A DNA stretch of 64,000 bases from Ophelia neglecta (Eukaryota), in assembly GCA_965285935.1 (NCBI GenBank), contig OZ260665.1, positions 36,084,001 to 36,148,000 of the forward strand, given 5' to 3'. The position numbers were made by a program, and so were the translations under genes. Below, piece after piece: positions 1 through 13,500 of this stretch (its first letter is position 1; the number at the start of each line of letters is the position of its first letter). Below the pieces are notes generated by a model that saw only the letters and a list, made by a program, of their open reading frames with translations, was not told the origin of the DNA and made no database searches.

Positions 1-684
1 GTTATCGGATGAGACTCATTTTGGCACTACACCCATGGCCGTATCATTATCATTGTGAATGCTGTTTTGTGTCAGCAAATTTTGATGTGAGTCAATCATA
101 TATTCCCATCAGTATTGCTATTTTTATCTACGTACTTATTAAAATCTCCTATTTTGTCAAAAATATGGCGTAGAGGGGGGTGGGGGGCTAAAATGTTTCG
201 GATCACACGGGGGGGGGGGGGGGGAGGGCAGAAAAAAGGTTGCAAAATAATAAAATATCGTCAGCTCCCCCCCCCCCGGGATAATTTCAGGCCGGTTCCC
301 CACCTGTAATACTTCATGTTATCTACGTAACACAATAGTTTCAGACCATTCATGGATCAGACCGTGCGAACCCAGGGTTGTTTGTCCACGGTGACCAGCA
401 TCTCAGGATTAAAACTTATATAACGTCCAGGTGGACACAACTTTTATAATGACAAAAAAACACCATTCCTATTGTTAATCATTAAAGCTCGTGCGAAAAA
501 AGACAACAGAGCTAGGACTAAACACAAGGAGTTACTGATAAAACTGATCAGGACATGAATGAAATTTCTTTGATAAAAAGCGTACAATTCTGCTTTATCC
601 TTATATAGGATAAAAACTAATTTCAAGTGTACGAAAAGCGATCGGTTTCAAGGATTTTTTTAAAAGTGTTTTCAAATAGTGCCA

Positions 685-1072
685 ATGGCACCTAGTACCT
701 GTGAAAATGTAAGCTGCCCCGTCGGGGAGCGAGCAAACACTGGGATGGACTCGATCGTCCTGCCTCCCGGCATGGACTGGAGCGACTTCCCGGCGTTGTC
801 TCAACCAGCCCCGATACCTCCTTCGGAAATAGCGGCAAAAACGGTGACATACGCCATAGCCATTCTCGTAGGCGTCATCGGAAACAGCCTCGTTATTCTA
901 ATCGTTGCGTTCTCAAAACGCATGCGCAGCATGACTAACTTTTACGTAGCCAATCTGGCGGTGTCGGACTTAATGGTTTCAGCGTTTTGCATGTGGGTTC
1001 ACATGGGGACGCATATTACTCAAGAATGGCCTTTTGGTAGTTTTATGTGCAGATTAAACGAATTCCTTCAGG
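685..1072 (+). CDS. GPCR1 coding exon 1 (N-terminus, TM1, TM2, start of TM3)
   Basis: ATG at 685; GNSLV, NLAVSDLMV, WPFGSFMC; donor G|GTAGGT, phase 1. Confidence 0.9.
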
Positions 1073-4000
1073 GTAGGTATTGAACTGCAACCGACTTATA
1101 ACCAGAGATTTATATACCGATGTTTGATAATGTTGTTGCAACTGCAAATTGCAGAATTCGGGTGTACAAAAACCTCATAACGCATCGATTCCCTCTTCTT
1201 GAGTTGAAATCAAATGGAACATTAATTAATTACTTATTATTTACGTATTATGTCGCATGCCTTAAGACGGCTGAATATCTTATGAATATAACTTTATGAT
1301 ATGTTAGATGACAATCTGAAATGGTAAAAAATAATATGAAGCAACTCCGAATTAATTAAATGAAATACGTTTAGAATATGATTTGAACAACCTCAAACAC
1401 CAAATTATGATTCAGCCTGGGCTGTGGCGGCGAGTGTGTTTTTCCTGACGGTGATTGCTGGCGACCGGTTCTTCGCTATCGTGTACCCGATGGGATTCCG
1501 GAAGTCTCGCCGCTGGTCTGTGCTCGTGTTCGTGATGACCTGGATTAGCTCTGCCGCCGTAGCGGCTCCCCATCTATTCTTCCACCGAATGTATGAAATC
1601 AGATGGAAGGACCGACACGAGATCTTTTGTGAAGAGGTAAGTTTATCACGGCGAGGGTGTGTAATGGTGTGATGTGTCTGCTATCATGGTGTGGGTGTGA
1701 GATGGTGTGGGGTGTCTGCTATCATGGTGTGGGCGTGAGATGGTGTGGGGTGTCTGCTATCATGGTGTGGGCGTGAGATGGCGTGGGGTGTCTGCTCTCA
1801 TGGTGTGGGCGTGAGAATTGTGTTGGGTGTCTGCTATCATGGTGTGGGCGAGAGATGGTGTGGGATGTCTGCTATCATGGCGAGAGCTTGAGATTGTGAG
1901 GGGTGTCTGCTATCAAGGTGTGGACGTGAGATGGTGTGAGGTGTCTGCTGTCATGGTGTGGGCAAGAGATCGTTAGCGATGTCTGCTATCATGGTGTGGA
2001 CGTGAGATGGTGTGGGGTGTCTGCTATCATGGCGAGGGTAGGAGTTGGTAGGTGCAATATGATAACATGGTGTGGGCGTGAGATGGTGTGGGGTGTCTTC
2101 TGTCAAGGCAAGGGCGTGAGATGGTGTGGGGTGTCTGCTGTCATGGCGAGGGCGTGAGATGGTGTGGGGTATCTGCTATCATGGTGTGGGCGTGAGATGA
2201 TGTGGGATGTCTGCTATCATGGCGAGAGCTTGAGATGGTGTGGGGTGTCTGCTATCATGGTGTGGGCGTGAGAATTGTGTTGGGTGTCTGCTATCATGGT
2301 GTGGGCGAGAGATGGTGTGGGATGTCTGCTATCATGGCGAGAGCTTAAGATTGTGAGGGGTGTCTGCGATCAAGGTGTGGACGTGAGATGGTGTGAGGTG
2401 TCTGCTGTCATGGTGTGGGCAAGAGATCGTTAGCGATGTCTGCTATCATGGTGTGGACGTGAGATGGTGTGGGGTGTCTGCTATCATGGCGAGGGTAGGA
2501 GTTGGTAGGTGCAATATGATAACATGGTGTGGGTGTGAGATGGTGTGGGGTGTCTGCTATTGTGGTGTGGGCGTGAGATGGTGTGGGGTGTCTGCTATCA
2601 TGGCGAGGGCGTGAGATGGTGTGGGGTGTCTGATTTCATGGTGTGGGCGTGAGATGATGTGAGGTGTCTGCTATTATGGTGTGGGCGTGAGATGGTGTGG
2701 GGTGTCTGCTATCATGGTGTGGGCGTGAGATGGTGTGAGGTGTCTGCTATCATGGTGTGGGTGTGTGATGGTGTGGGGTGTCTGCTGTCATGGCGAGGGC
2801 GTGAGATTGTGTGGGGTGTCTGCTCTCATGGTGTGGGCATGAGATGGTGTGGGGTGCCTTCTATCATGGCGAGGGCGTGAGATTGTGTGGGGTGTCTGCT
2901 ATCATGGTGTGGGCGTGAGATGGTGTGAGGTGTATGATAACATGGTGTGGGCGTGAGATGGTGTGGGGTGTCTGCTCTCATGGTGTGGGCGTGAGATGAT
3001 GTGGGATGTCTGCTATCATGGCGAGAGCTTGAGATGGTGTGGGGTGTCTGCTATCATGGTGTGGGCGTGAGAATTGTGTTGGGTGTCTGCTATCATGGTG
3101 TGGGCGAGAGATGGTGTGGGATGTCTGCTATCATGGCGAGAGCTTGAGATTGTGAGGGGTGTCTGCTATCAAGGTGTGGACGTGAGATGGTGTGAGGTGT
3201 ATGATAACATGGTGTGGACGTGAGATGGTGTGAGGTGTATGATAACATGGTGTGGGCGTCAGATGGTGTGGGGTGTCTGCTATCAAGGTGTGGACGTGAG
3301 ATGGTGTGAGGTGTCTGCTGTCATGGTGTGGGCAAGAGATCGTTAGCGATGTCTGCTATCATGGTGTGGACGTGAGATGGTGTGGGGTGTCTGCTATCAT
3401 GGCGAGGGTAGGAGTTGGTAGGTGCAATATGATAACATGGTGTGGGTGTGAGATGGTGTGGGGTGTCTGCTATTGTGGTGTGGGCGTGAGATGGTGTGGG
3501 GTGTCTGCTATCATGGCGAGGGCGTGAGATGGTGTGGGGTGTCTGATTTCATGGTGTGGGCGTGAGATGATGTGAGATGTCTGCTATTATGGTGTGGGCG
3601 TCAGATGGGGTGGGGTGTCTGCTATCATGGTGTGGGCGAGAGATGGTGTGAGGTGTCTGCTATCATGGTGTGGGTGTGTGATGGTGTGGGGTGTCTGCTA
3701 TTGTGGTGTGGGCGTGAGATGGTGTGGGGTGTCTGCCCTCATGGGGATGGTGTGCGAGATTATGTGATTGTGGGTTCTAGCTGTACCAGAAGACATTTCT
3801 AAATTATTAGGTCCATGCATCCAGTATTGCAAAAATACATTTATTCTTTTTAGAGTTCTTCTTTGTAATGATAGAGGGCGTCACTCCCTTACCATTTTAG
3901 GATGTTAGGGGCGGGGGGCATCAAGGCGCCTTAGAAACCAGTAGAAAAGAATGAGGTCTTCGCCGCCATGCCCTCGTCCCTCTACCCGTCGCCCAACTAA

Positions 4001-6834
4001 ACCGCCAGTTTCAGATTTACAATTCAATGTTGTTTAATCTAATACATGAATGTATCCTAATTAAACTGCATTTTTTCAGGTGTGGCCGAGGTACTTCTAC
4101 CTAACTAACGACTGTGAATGTCTGTCCCACTCGCCAGATCGAACCATCTACCTGACCACGCAGGTGGTTCTCTTCTACTTCTGTCCCGTCGTCATCATAA
4201 CCGTAACCTACGTCATCGTCGCCCGGACACTGTGGTTACGGAAAGTACCGGGAGAACAAAACGACTCGACCTTACAGATGCAGCAAAGGTCACGGAAGAA
4301 AGTAAGAATCTGCCGCTTTCATTTCAGTACTAACGATCATTGTTACATATCCCGAAAAAACACTCATATATAGCAGTTAATAATCAGCCTGGTGAATTTA
4401 TACCCGTATTATAGTGTCATTTCTAGTACCTCAAAATGCCTATTTGCTTATAAATAAAAAGGGAACAAAACTTGGGTTAGCAGTAATGTTACCTACATGC
4501 ATTTTAAATTATCGTGTTGTTCAATTTTCCCCCTTTTCCGAACTTTGAAACCGCCACTTCGCCTATATATATAGATACATTTAACTTTGGCGATTACTTG
4601 GAAGCATTATTATCTTAGATTCCTGATATGAGGGTTTAGTATGTTTGACAAGACATGTTTATTTATTCTTTTCAGGTAATTCGGATGTTGATCGCAGTGC
4701 TTGCTATCTTTGTCGTCTGCTGGACTCCTTTTCAGTGTATTATTCTCTACGGAGCATATAGGCCTATGGATAATGAAGTGAGTTTAAATGAACATTTTGA
4801 AGTAATCTCCAACCAGTCTGTACTTCATGCTTGACTTTTTTCTTGCCAGATTGTGTCCCTCTGTGAAATGTGAATACCATTATTATGTGAAAGTTGATTA
4901 ACCAATAAGTATAAGGAGACAATATCTAAAAGCTTGCCTTTTGTCTCGAAACGAACGGAACGAGGTTTATTGTTATACGAAGCCACGTTTTATGTTCCGA
5001 TATGATAGGTCAAATGTGACAGAGTTAACCGAAATGATCAAGTGATGTGGTCTTTTTGCAAATTTAACAAATAGCTAATTGTGCGGAAAATATATATTAA
5101 AGGAAATGAATATATCAGACTGTCATCGATACCACCCGCATCGATACATCACCATTGAACATTTCTCGATATGCGGTGCGATACATACAAGTTTTAGCGA
5201 TATTTCGAGCAAACACTATCCGATATTACGTTCGTAATAAAACAGATAAATAAAATACTAAAAAAAATTTCTAACAAAAATCTTTCCGCCTGCTTGCCGT
5301 CTGCCGCTGCTACGGTTCCGCCCCTTTTGCGCACGCTCATGTTAAAGATGTCATCCCAACATTTGCACGAAGCGTGCCGGAAGTGCCAGAATTTGTGCAA
5401 AAAGAAGCCAAGAAGAATTAAGGTTGGAAGTACTTCGGTTTTCCAAAGAATAACAAACCGATAACGGGTTACGGACAAGGCATGTGTAAAATATGCAAAA
5501 AGTGTCAGCCGTACAAAAGTATTTAAACATAACAAATATGCGAGTGCATCTGGATCGGATGCATGGAGACAAACGATTGCGAGACTGTAGATTGCTAATA
5601 ATATTCTCCAGCAAACATATATGATACCATGTAGATAAGCCACTACACGATTGTTTACTAACCTAGAATGAGCAATTAAAAGAAAAATAGCGAGTACGTA
5701 GCCGGGATAATGTATGGGGGCGGAAAGAGTAGGAAGAGCTAGGCGGGGGAAGGCCCTTTAGGCATATAGTGTCACATTTAATACAAAGCTTATAACCATT
5801 CTATGACCACTGAAACATCCATAGGAGAGGAGGGTACACATCAAGTTTCTCTGAGTCGAATTATTGTACTTGGCCTCCTCCAAAAGGATGAACTGACAAC
5901 ACCAGCGAGAATGATTTCATATACGCCTAGTTAATGATGTGGCTGATCCTGCTCAGCATCAAAAGATTAAGTTCTATTAGTCAACTGCTATAAAAGAAGG
6001 TCCAATGCAACGCATCATATAATTATAATAATACGTGTATACCTTTTTATATCCTCGCAGATTGAAGAGTATATACTGACGCTGAAATATGTGTTTACCT
6101 TCATGGGGCTGCTGAACAGTGCCATCAACCCGGTCCTTTACGGTGCCCTGAATGGCAACTTCCGTCAGGGCTTTCAAGACGCCTTCAAGGGTTCGCTTTG
6201 CAAGAAATGGAGTAGAGTAACTCCAAGTAAGTGTAATAAAACTACAAAACCCATTGTCGATATCATTACAAGAACATCAAATTAGCAGTCTGTATTGTTT
6301 AAGAATCCTATCGTAAAAAGGTATTGTTGTAAATTCGTAACTATGCATTATTTGCTTTCCAAATTTAAGCATATGGCACCACAGTCGGAACTGCGGCTAC
6401 CAACAATTCACTCCAACCAACTAGGCAAACACGAAAACCTCCGCCTGGTTTGTACATGTTGTAGCTCACTGCTATAATGATCAAATTTCGGCTAAACGCA
6501 AATTAGCAAACTATATTAAATTGAACACTAATGAATTTGTTTTGTTTGTTATTAATATCAGCTCTTGCCCTATGTCAGCTGTAAAAAAGTAGTCCTCTTT
6601 GTTACAGTGACCATAATCACAACCCACGTGACCAAACATATTAAGGTGGAGTTATTCGAAACTCATTCTACGCACGGGCATTCGAGCAATGTTACCGTAA
6701 ATGGTCATGAGCAAGCGAAGTCAAATAAGAACGAAAGCGAAAATGACAAGGAACAAGTGGCTAAGGAGATAAATACAGGGATTAAAGATTACAGTCCCGA
6801 GGAAAAATCTCAACTCCCAAGTGTACAAGTTTGA
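685..6834 (+). CDS. GPCR1: class A neuropeptide-type GPCR (beta-group; QRFP/NPFF/SIFamide/tachykinin-receptor-like, ligand unknown), about 467 aa. join(685..1072,1416..1636,4080..4301,4676..4777,6061..6226,6370..6447,6608..6834)
   Basis: All junctions are GT-AG and phase-compatible. Motifs: TM1 GN, TM2 NLAVSD, ECL1 WPFG..C, TM3 DRF, TM4 W, ECL2 C, TM5 P, TM6 CWTP, TM7 NSAINPVLY, helix 8 NFR. Confidence 0.92.
1416..1636 (+). CDS. GPCR1 coding exon 2 (TM3 DRF, TM4, first half of ECL2)
   Basis: Acceptor ttcag; IAGDRFFAIVYP ... WKDRHEIFCEE; donor GAG|GTAAGT. Confidence 0.93.
1645..3755. repeat. 38-bp G/T-rich minisatellite (about 55 copies) in GPCR1 intron 2, consensus ATGGTGTGGGCGTGAGATGGTGTGGGGTGTCTGCTATC
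   Basis: Period 38 (e.g. CTATC at 1681 and 1719); variant blocks recur at 457 and 913 bp spacing. Confidence 0.97.
4080..4301 (+). CDS. GPCR1 coding exon 3 (ECL2, TM5, ICL3)
   Basis: Acceptor ttttttcag; VWPRYF...FYFCPVVII...RSRKK; donor GTAAGA. Confidence 0.92.
4676..4777 (+). CDS. GPCR1 coding exon 4 (TM6)
   Basis: Acceptor ttcttttcag; VIRMLIAVLAIFVVCWTPFQ; donor GTGAGT. Not in the ORF track. Confidence 0.93.
6061..6226 (+). CDS. GPCR1 coding exon 5 (TM7, helix 8)
   Basis: Acceptor cctcgcag; NSAINPVLYGALNGNFRQGF; donor A|GTAAGT, phase 1. Confidence 0.93.
6370..6447 (+). CDS. GPCR1 probable coding exon 6 (78 nt symmetric C-tail exon)
   Basis: Acceptor ttgctttccaaatttaag, donor G|GTTTGT, phase 1-1, open frame TYGTTVGTAATNNSLQPTRQTRKPPP; GC-richer than its flanks. 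Confidence 0.6.
6608..6834 (+). CDS. GPCR1 last coding exon (C-terminal tail)
   Basis: Acceptor ctctttgttacag; phase 1 joins the ORF 6565..6834 frame; stop TGA ends at 6834. Confidence 0.75.
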
Positions 6835-9517
6835 GAATATAACTATGGAAGGACCACTAAATCTCTGCTTGCAAAATGCTCGTCCTTTGCTAAAATAGTG
6901 TAGTATTTTATTGAGCAATACTAAGCCTGCACTGTGTGTAAGAACGATATGAATAATGGATTCGTATTTCTTTCTTTTTTATGTTGCGAAAAGCTATATA
7001 TAAAACATGATAAAATTTCGAGACCCTATACGCGTGGTACCTGGGACACATTTACTTACCGTTGATCAACTATTTCCATCCTCTGTGGGCCAGGCGGGTG
7101 GCGTGTCTGTGTGTGAGGCAGTGGGGGCGAAAGGGGGGGGGGGCGACTTAAATTGCCCATAAATAATACTATTTGACTGTAATATCGTCTTCATATGGCT
7201 CCGAATAGCAGTAGGATATTTCCTTACTAATCCTCCCATATTTGGTCAAATGTATTACATGTCCAGTTTACGAAACTTATTGCTTGTGGCCATTTTAATG
7301 CTATTATCAATTTCAATAGAACTCGCCTAAATGATCCATATATACAGCTTATAAAATTGTTTGAGGAAAAACAGTGAAAACAGATAGGGCCCACGAATGA
7401 ATAACTACCGCCCAGCTGTTCGTATTCCGCCTTCCTATGTCTGGACATTAATTTGTCTTTCCATTAAGAAACAGCGAGTTATATATGTTTAGTATACAGT
7501 TACTAAAGAAACCCATAGCAGCCTTGTTTTTAAAAATTGGTGCATCATACAGTTCATTTTGTGGGATGTCATACGCCTGATCTGTGACGGAAGTCAATGT
7601 GGTCAGACGAAATGATAACATGGTCTCCATAGTCAGTATCATGATTGATTTATGTGCATAACGCAATTGGAAGAACACCAATATTAAAATTCTCCTGGGT
7701 ATTTTCATTTCCTAATTAACTCTATCTGCACAAGTTGCATGGTAATAAATATCATTTCGCGTACTCTATACAATATTAATTGTGCTCGTAGGTTCGACAT
7801 TTAGAGAATATAATTTACATACTGCATATAATGGCACCTGAATTGTATTGCGCTCTTATTACACAAAATCTTAAAGTTCGTACATATTATGCTACATTTA
7901 CAAATCAAAGTTGCGTTATCTAAAAGGGGTACCTTATATATAATATATGTATGTATTTCATTGGATAGTTAATGTATTCATAAAAACGTCTCTTCATTCG
8001 GCGAACTAATATTCTGTACTCTCAATGACATGTAAGAGAAAGCTGAAAGAAATTATACAATCTCACTTTTATAGTATGTACACCAAAAATAGAGAACAGA
8101 GCCAATTTAATTGTTGTTGTTGCAGGGGTGATGTAGATCAACAACTCGTTTCCATGCATATTGCCATGTATGCCATATCATAGTCAAAGGCTTATTTGTA
8201 TTAGTCATCGTCGATAATCAGACAGGAAGACTAAATGTGATTGGAACTGATGATTAATGATAATAAAATAGTAGACATACAATACCAAAAGTGTAAGTTA
8301 ACAGTAAGGAAAGACATTTTGATATTATTATAGATATGTTTTCTGAAAATTAGATTAATAATCGCAGTGTTTTCTCCTCTTTATTCACAAGCATGGGCTT
8401 GAAACCACAATTATAAAAGATAGATAAATTGCATGCCAAAACCTATAGGTATGGGCTATTGACAGCACGATCTAATTCCATATTAAAAAAAGTGTTTAGT
8501 GAACCTAGTATATATACATACAACAAGTAAAAACGTTAAAAACTAACTCGATGAGTAGTTACCTATGAACCCCACAGTAGTATAGACCCTTTACATTGTA
8601 TATAAGTTTACAGCAAATAGCAGTGTGAAGATATGGCTCCAGAAAATAAGCTCATCATCACAAACATGTACGTATGTATGATGAATGTTGCAACTGCTCA
8701 TAAACCTAATTCGGCATATGAATCGATAGTATATTATAAACATGTGTCGTCGACTAAGTCAACTGTTTGCATACGGAGAAGATGCTAATATTTGTCTTAA
8801 ACTCAACCCATCGTTGACTCATTTGACCAAAAAGAATGCCGAAAAATTCCCAAGCGCCTCAGTCATAATCCTGAACAGTCTATTGCACAAACATGTATAT
8901 GCACAACTCAAGATTAGGTATAAGTAGCTGAAGAAGAGTGCAGCATATCATATGGATATCTAAACAACATCATACCAAGATCTCCTAAAACTGCTGAACG
9001 CACTCGATTTGGAAAAAATTGACAATGTCACATGCCTCCTCACATCGACAGAGCCACATCGCCTCATCGTCAATTACAGATAACAGCGATCTTCATGGGA
9101 TTAATTAGGGTAAAAGTCTTAAAGACACTTAGGGCCTACCCATTTTTACCTGAGGCCTAGGTATGAACACATTACATACCTAAATATATTATACTTTTAA
9201 TTTGATTATTTTCAATAATATATTTAAGTTTAGCTTGATAGGACGCAGTGACAAAAACCTTTATAAAAGCGAAAAGGGCTACCTAGGTTAAAACTTAAAA
9301 TTAATAAATAACAATAATAACGATAATAATAATAGTAACAATAGTGAAAATAGTAATAAATATCATGTCGACGACACTTGCTTAAAATTTTTGAACTAAA
9401 ACTAGACCATGAACAAAGAGGAGAGACACACCACTACAAATCTTGAAGGGAAGGTGCTAGCCCCCTTTCTGATTATTTGGTTCCAATAATGTTTTTTTTT
9501 TTTCATCTTTTCTCCAG

Positions 9518-9566
9518 CTGTCGTTAGTTTTTCTTCAGCAAAATGTTCACAAAAGCAAATACGTAG
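9518..9566 (+). other. Candidate 5'UTR exon of GPCR2 carrying a 7-codon uORF
   Basis: Long polypyrimidine tract ending ctccag at 9517; donor TAG|GTGAGT at 9567; aaaATG at 9543 gives MFTKANT*. Confidence 0.35.
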
Positions 9567-10136
9567 GTGAGTAGTTGATGCTCACATTAAAACTGAATGT
9601 CGATAATAGAAAACATACATAATACATTAATGGATATCTGGAATGACAAAGTACGAAGTATTCTCCAACAATTTGTTTTACCTTTCAGTTAAGGTAATTG
9701 TTTTATGTCCTTAATGTACAAGCTGAGCCCTGAGATTATTTCCACATTAATGGAGTGTCACTAAATGGCCCTTAATCACTAAGCAGGAGGCCCTTAAGAT
9801 GAGTACATCAGAACCAAAGGGCGCTAATCGATAAACGCTCATCAAACCTTTTTTTGCTGACCCCTTCAGCCAATTTACTTATTGGTAGGACTCACAATTG
9901 CAACATGTACGGACTTCAGCCAGGTGCGTCAAATGACTAATTTCAGGATAACTATACATTAGTATTGCTTAATACGTGACTGTTTATGAACATGGCAAGT
10001 CCAGGGCATCTTGTTCTTTTGAATAACAGTTGAACAGTGATTCGTGTCCATTCCATTCGGAGGGATCAATCATTTACGGATGACAGCTTACCACGCTGAG
10101 TTGATTACCCCGTACGTGCCACTGCACAGTGTTAAA

Positions 10137-10581
10137 ATGTCGCTCAACCAAAGCCTGAGCTACTTTTTGGGGACATCGTTCGTTTGGATTAGAACGAAGC
10201 TGTTAATAGAAGACAATGCAACTGAAGGGTGTGAAATTGGATCCAAGAAGCCCTACTCAGAACCTATACCCTGGTTGAGTAACATCACCAAACTCATGGA
10301 CAGTCCTTTTGAGGTGGTACCATATCCAACATGGAACATTGGCTTAAAAGTGACGTTCTATATCGTGGCTATTACAATGGCATTAGTCGGAAATCTGTTG
10401 GTAATTGTAACTATTGCAAGCAATAAACAGCTGCACAGTTCAACAAATCTCTACGTTGTGAATTTAGCGGTGAGCGATCTCATGGTGGCATTTTTCTGCA
10501 TGTGGGTTCATTTGGGAATTAATATCACTGTGGATTGGCCATTCAATGAATTTATTTGCAAAGTTTACCCTTTTTTTCAAA
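10137..10581 (+). CDS. GPCR2 coding exon 1
   Basis: aaaATG at 10137 (in-frame ATG also at 10080); TM1-TM2; donor A|GTGAGT, phase 1. Confidence 0.85.
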
Positions 10582-13500
10582 GTGAGTATAACATTATTTT
10601 TTTACCTTTTAAAAATCAACTTCCATGAAGTGGATCTTTTCTTTATAATATCGAAAGAAATATAGCTATTGTTACTCCTCATTTATCTGTTTACAACTCG
10701 CATTATCAAGCACTAGTGAGCTCTTATTCATCTCATTTTACTGTTTTACTTCAACAACCAGAGACATTTAGTGGTACTTGATATCTCTGAACTAACCCTT
10801 TCCTTATGACCCTTCTTATACGAATGGTGTTTGAGCCTAATATCTGTTATGTTATCTAACACTTGTATTAAATATACAGCCATAAATGTTAAGGGACTTT
10901 ATTATATTATTATATGATTCTATTTATCTAATCCAAACTAGTTATAATTCAAAATCTAATTTCGTTGACATACACCATTGAGTTTTTGGGGTTTTTTTTT
11001 CCACATAGCTTTTAATCTCCGAATACATTTAATCTGTTAATCAAATAGATAATGACTACAGGTGTCAGCTGAAGAGATTAATTAACTTGAGCACACTGAA
11101 CAACGGTGAAAGTGCAACAACTGGCCACAGCTGTCATAATTAATTATGTCGAGTTATAGTAAAGAGCTAGGTAACACCATTTTTAGTAATCTATAACTGT
11201 CTGATTGAAAATATTGATAGCTTTAAAGCGCAGTTAATTATGTGCCTAAAAGAATAGTTTATTTAGGCTGGATTTGTACAACCTACTGCTCTTACTATCA
11301 GGCCCCATTAGCCTAATTTTGTTTGTTTAATTGTTAGTGACTTGCGTAGAGAGGCAAAGTCATTCAATTTACAACAGAACTGAGGCCTGAATGTTCTAAT
11401 CATAAGACATTTCATATTTACATTGGCACCTCCGACAAGAAGAGTAATACACAATAACCAAAACACAGACAAAAAAGTGAGTGAAATAACCGTTAGTCAC
11501 AACAAAATCGTTGATCAAGAACTGTCCACTTAATCGATTCTGATTCATGAGAAACAGGAGCCGCAGCCACACAAATCCCCCCCCCCCCCTCCCACAGTAA
11601 ACGATGTTGAAACGGAATTTATCACAAACAAACATTTTAGATTACCATCACCTGCAATGAAAATTAGTCAACACAACAGCTTTCCATGACATGGCTTAAT
11701 CTTAAATGATTTCCAGTCACAAACTTCGCCTGGGTTAAATAACGTATAAATATCTTTGGCAAGCATCAATAAATTGAAGATACAGATCATACTCTCCGGT
11801 GGCTCTGACCATAAGGTCTTCCTCTCATTCTTAATTTTTCGAGCATTACAAAATTCTGAATTGAGCTTTTGTCTTCCGAATGGATAGTGCTTGGAACGTA
11901 TACACTGAAAAGATAAATCAATTGCTTTTCTTGAAGACAGGTTTATTGCACACATATTATTCTGTCGTCTCCGCAGTAATAGTCTCTTCTCCACAAAATG
12001 ACGACACCACCAGTTATCCTTGCTGTTGTGTTTCCATTATTTAATCTAAATGTTGTTGCGTGTGTATCAAACTGTGATTAATAACGCAGTTTTCTATTTT
12101 GAAGTTGATACACTCGTAGGCACAAAAAGTCAATTTTTCTATTAAAGTGACGATAAATACATGGAACATGTAATATATGGTTAACACAAGTAGACCCATG
12201 GGACCTTTCACCTGTGTATAGGGAAAAAAGAGAAATATTTGTCCCAGCGTTTCATTACAACTATAGGTTTTTTAGTTCAAACTTTAAGAATCAGATCATG
12301 AAAGGGAGTTCATGAATTGTATATCAGATTAGGGATCAACTTTATAGTAATGTTTGCCATGATTACATTTGATATTTAAATCCATTTTGTTTTATATGTC
12401 ATCTTTCTTCCTACTAATATAAACGCATATCTTATCTCTACCCAGTTGGCATTTATGTGCAAAATGAAATGTTTTCCATTTCGAACAAAATATTGGCAAT
12501 TTCCATAGTGGAACTTTGTTCATATTTTGGGATTTTGCGCCAGGTACCGTTTTAAAAGTATTTGAAGAAGTAATTTAATTATTAAATTTAATTTGTAATG
12601 CAAACAAATTAAAATTTTGTTAAGATATGATTAGGGATTCATAAAAAAAATGCACAATCAGTCAACAAAAGTACTAAGGGAAGAATAGAGACTTCACAAA
12701 ATAACGAAACCAGAAATAACATTTAAATTTTGGATATTCTTATGTGAGACCCAATGATGGGAGTCTCCTCCACATATTAAGATAATCCGATGTGGACCCC
12801 GAAAAGGAATTAGTAATAGCAGCGGCCTAGAGCGACACTTCCGGTACAGACACCTCAGAATCAAGTGCAGTGCTAAAAAAATACTGTTATTCACATTCTT
12901 TTCATAGACAAACTAATAGGATTTTATCTACTACACATCAAACGGATAGGCCTGTTGGCTTTTATTAGTTCTCCTATGCTGGAAATGTATATAAACTACC
13001 TTCATCACCCACAATATTCACCATGTAGGGCATTAACATATGATTGGGAGACCTTTACCTCAGATAGTTTCATCAACCCTAGGTATTTGTTTTCAGAATT
13101 CCTCACACGCGGTATAATTAATTTTAGTTCAGCTAAGTACACGTTACTATTTACATGTTGAGATGTTGTGTTTTGTCCTTGATAGCATAAAATGATCATC
13201 TTTATTTATTTTATTGACAGTTGTTGCTGTATCGGCAAGTGTTTTATTTCTTGCTGCCATTTCCGGGGAGAGATTTTTCGCTATCATTTATCCATTGAAA
13301 AGGAAATTTTCCAAAACCCACGTTCACATTATGGTGGTTATCTTCATATGGTCAGTCGCACTGCTGATTGCGGTACCCAACCTCCTTGTCAGAAATCTGC
13401 AGGTTAGATATTATTTAAGTAATTCAAATGTGTAAGACCTAACACTCCTAACTTTTTATGTCCAATATAACCCATTGCTCGATGTTAATATGTTCGAATA

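Noticed and set aside
170-300. Poly-G/poly-C tracts as a regulatory G-quadruplex of GPCR1
   Set aside because: Similar G/C runs recur (about 7130, 17060, 20545, 33670) and are better explained as MITE termini.
1936-3802. Cys/Trp/Gly-rich ORFs (MRCLLSWCG...)
   Set aside because: Translations of the 38-bp minisatellite inside GPCR1 intron 2; GTG starts, and the unit is not a multiple of 3.
5194-5643. 149-aa hydrophobic - strand ORF
   Set aside because: GTG start, no motif, antisense within GPCR1 intron 4, next to CGATA-rich transposon-like sequence.
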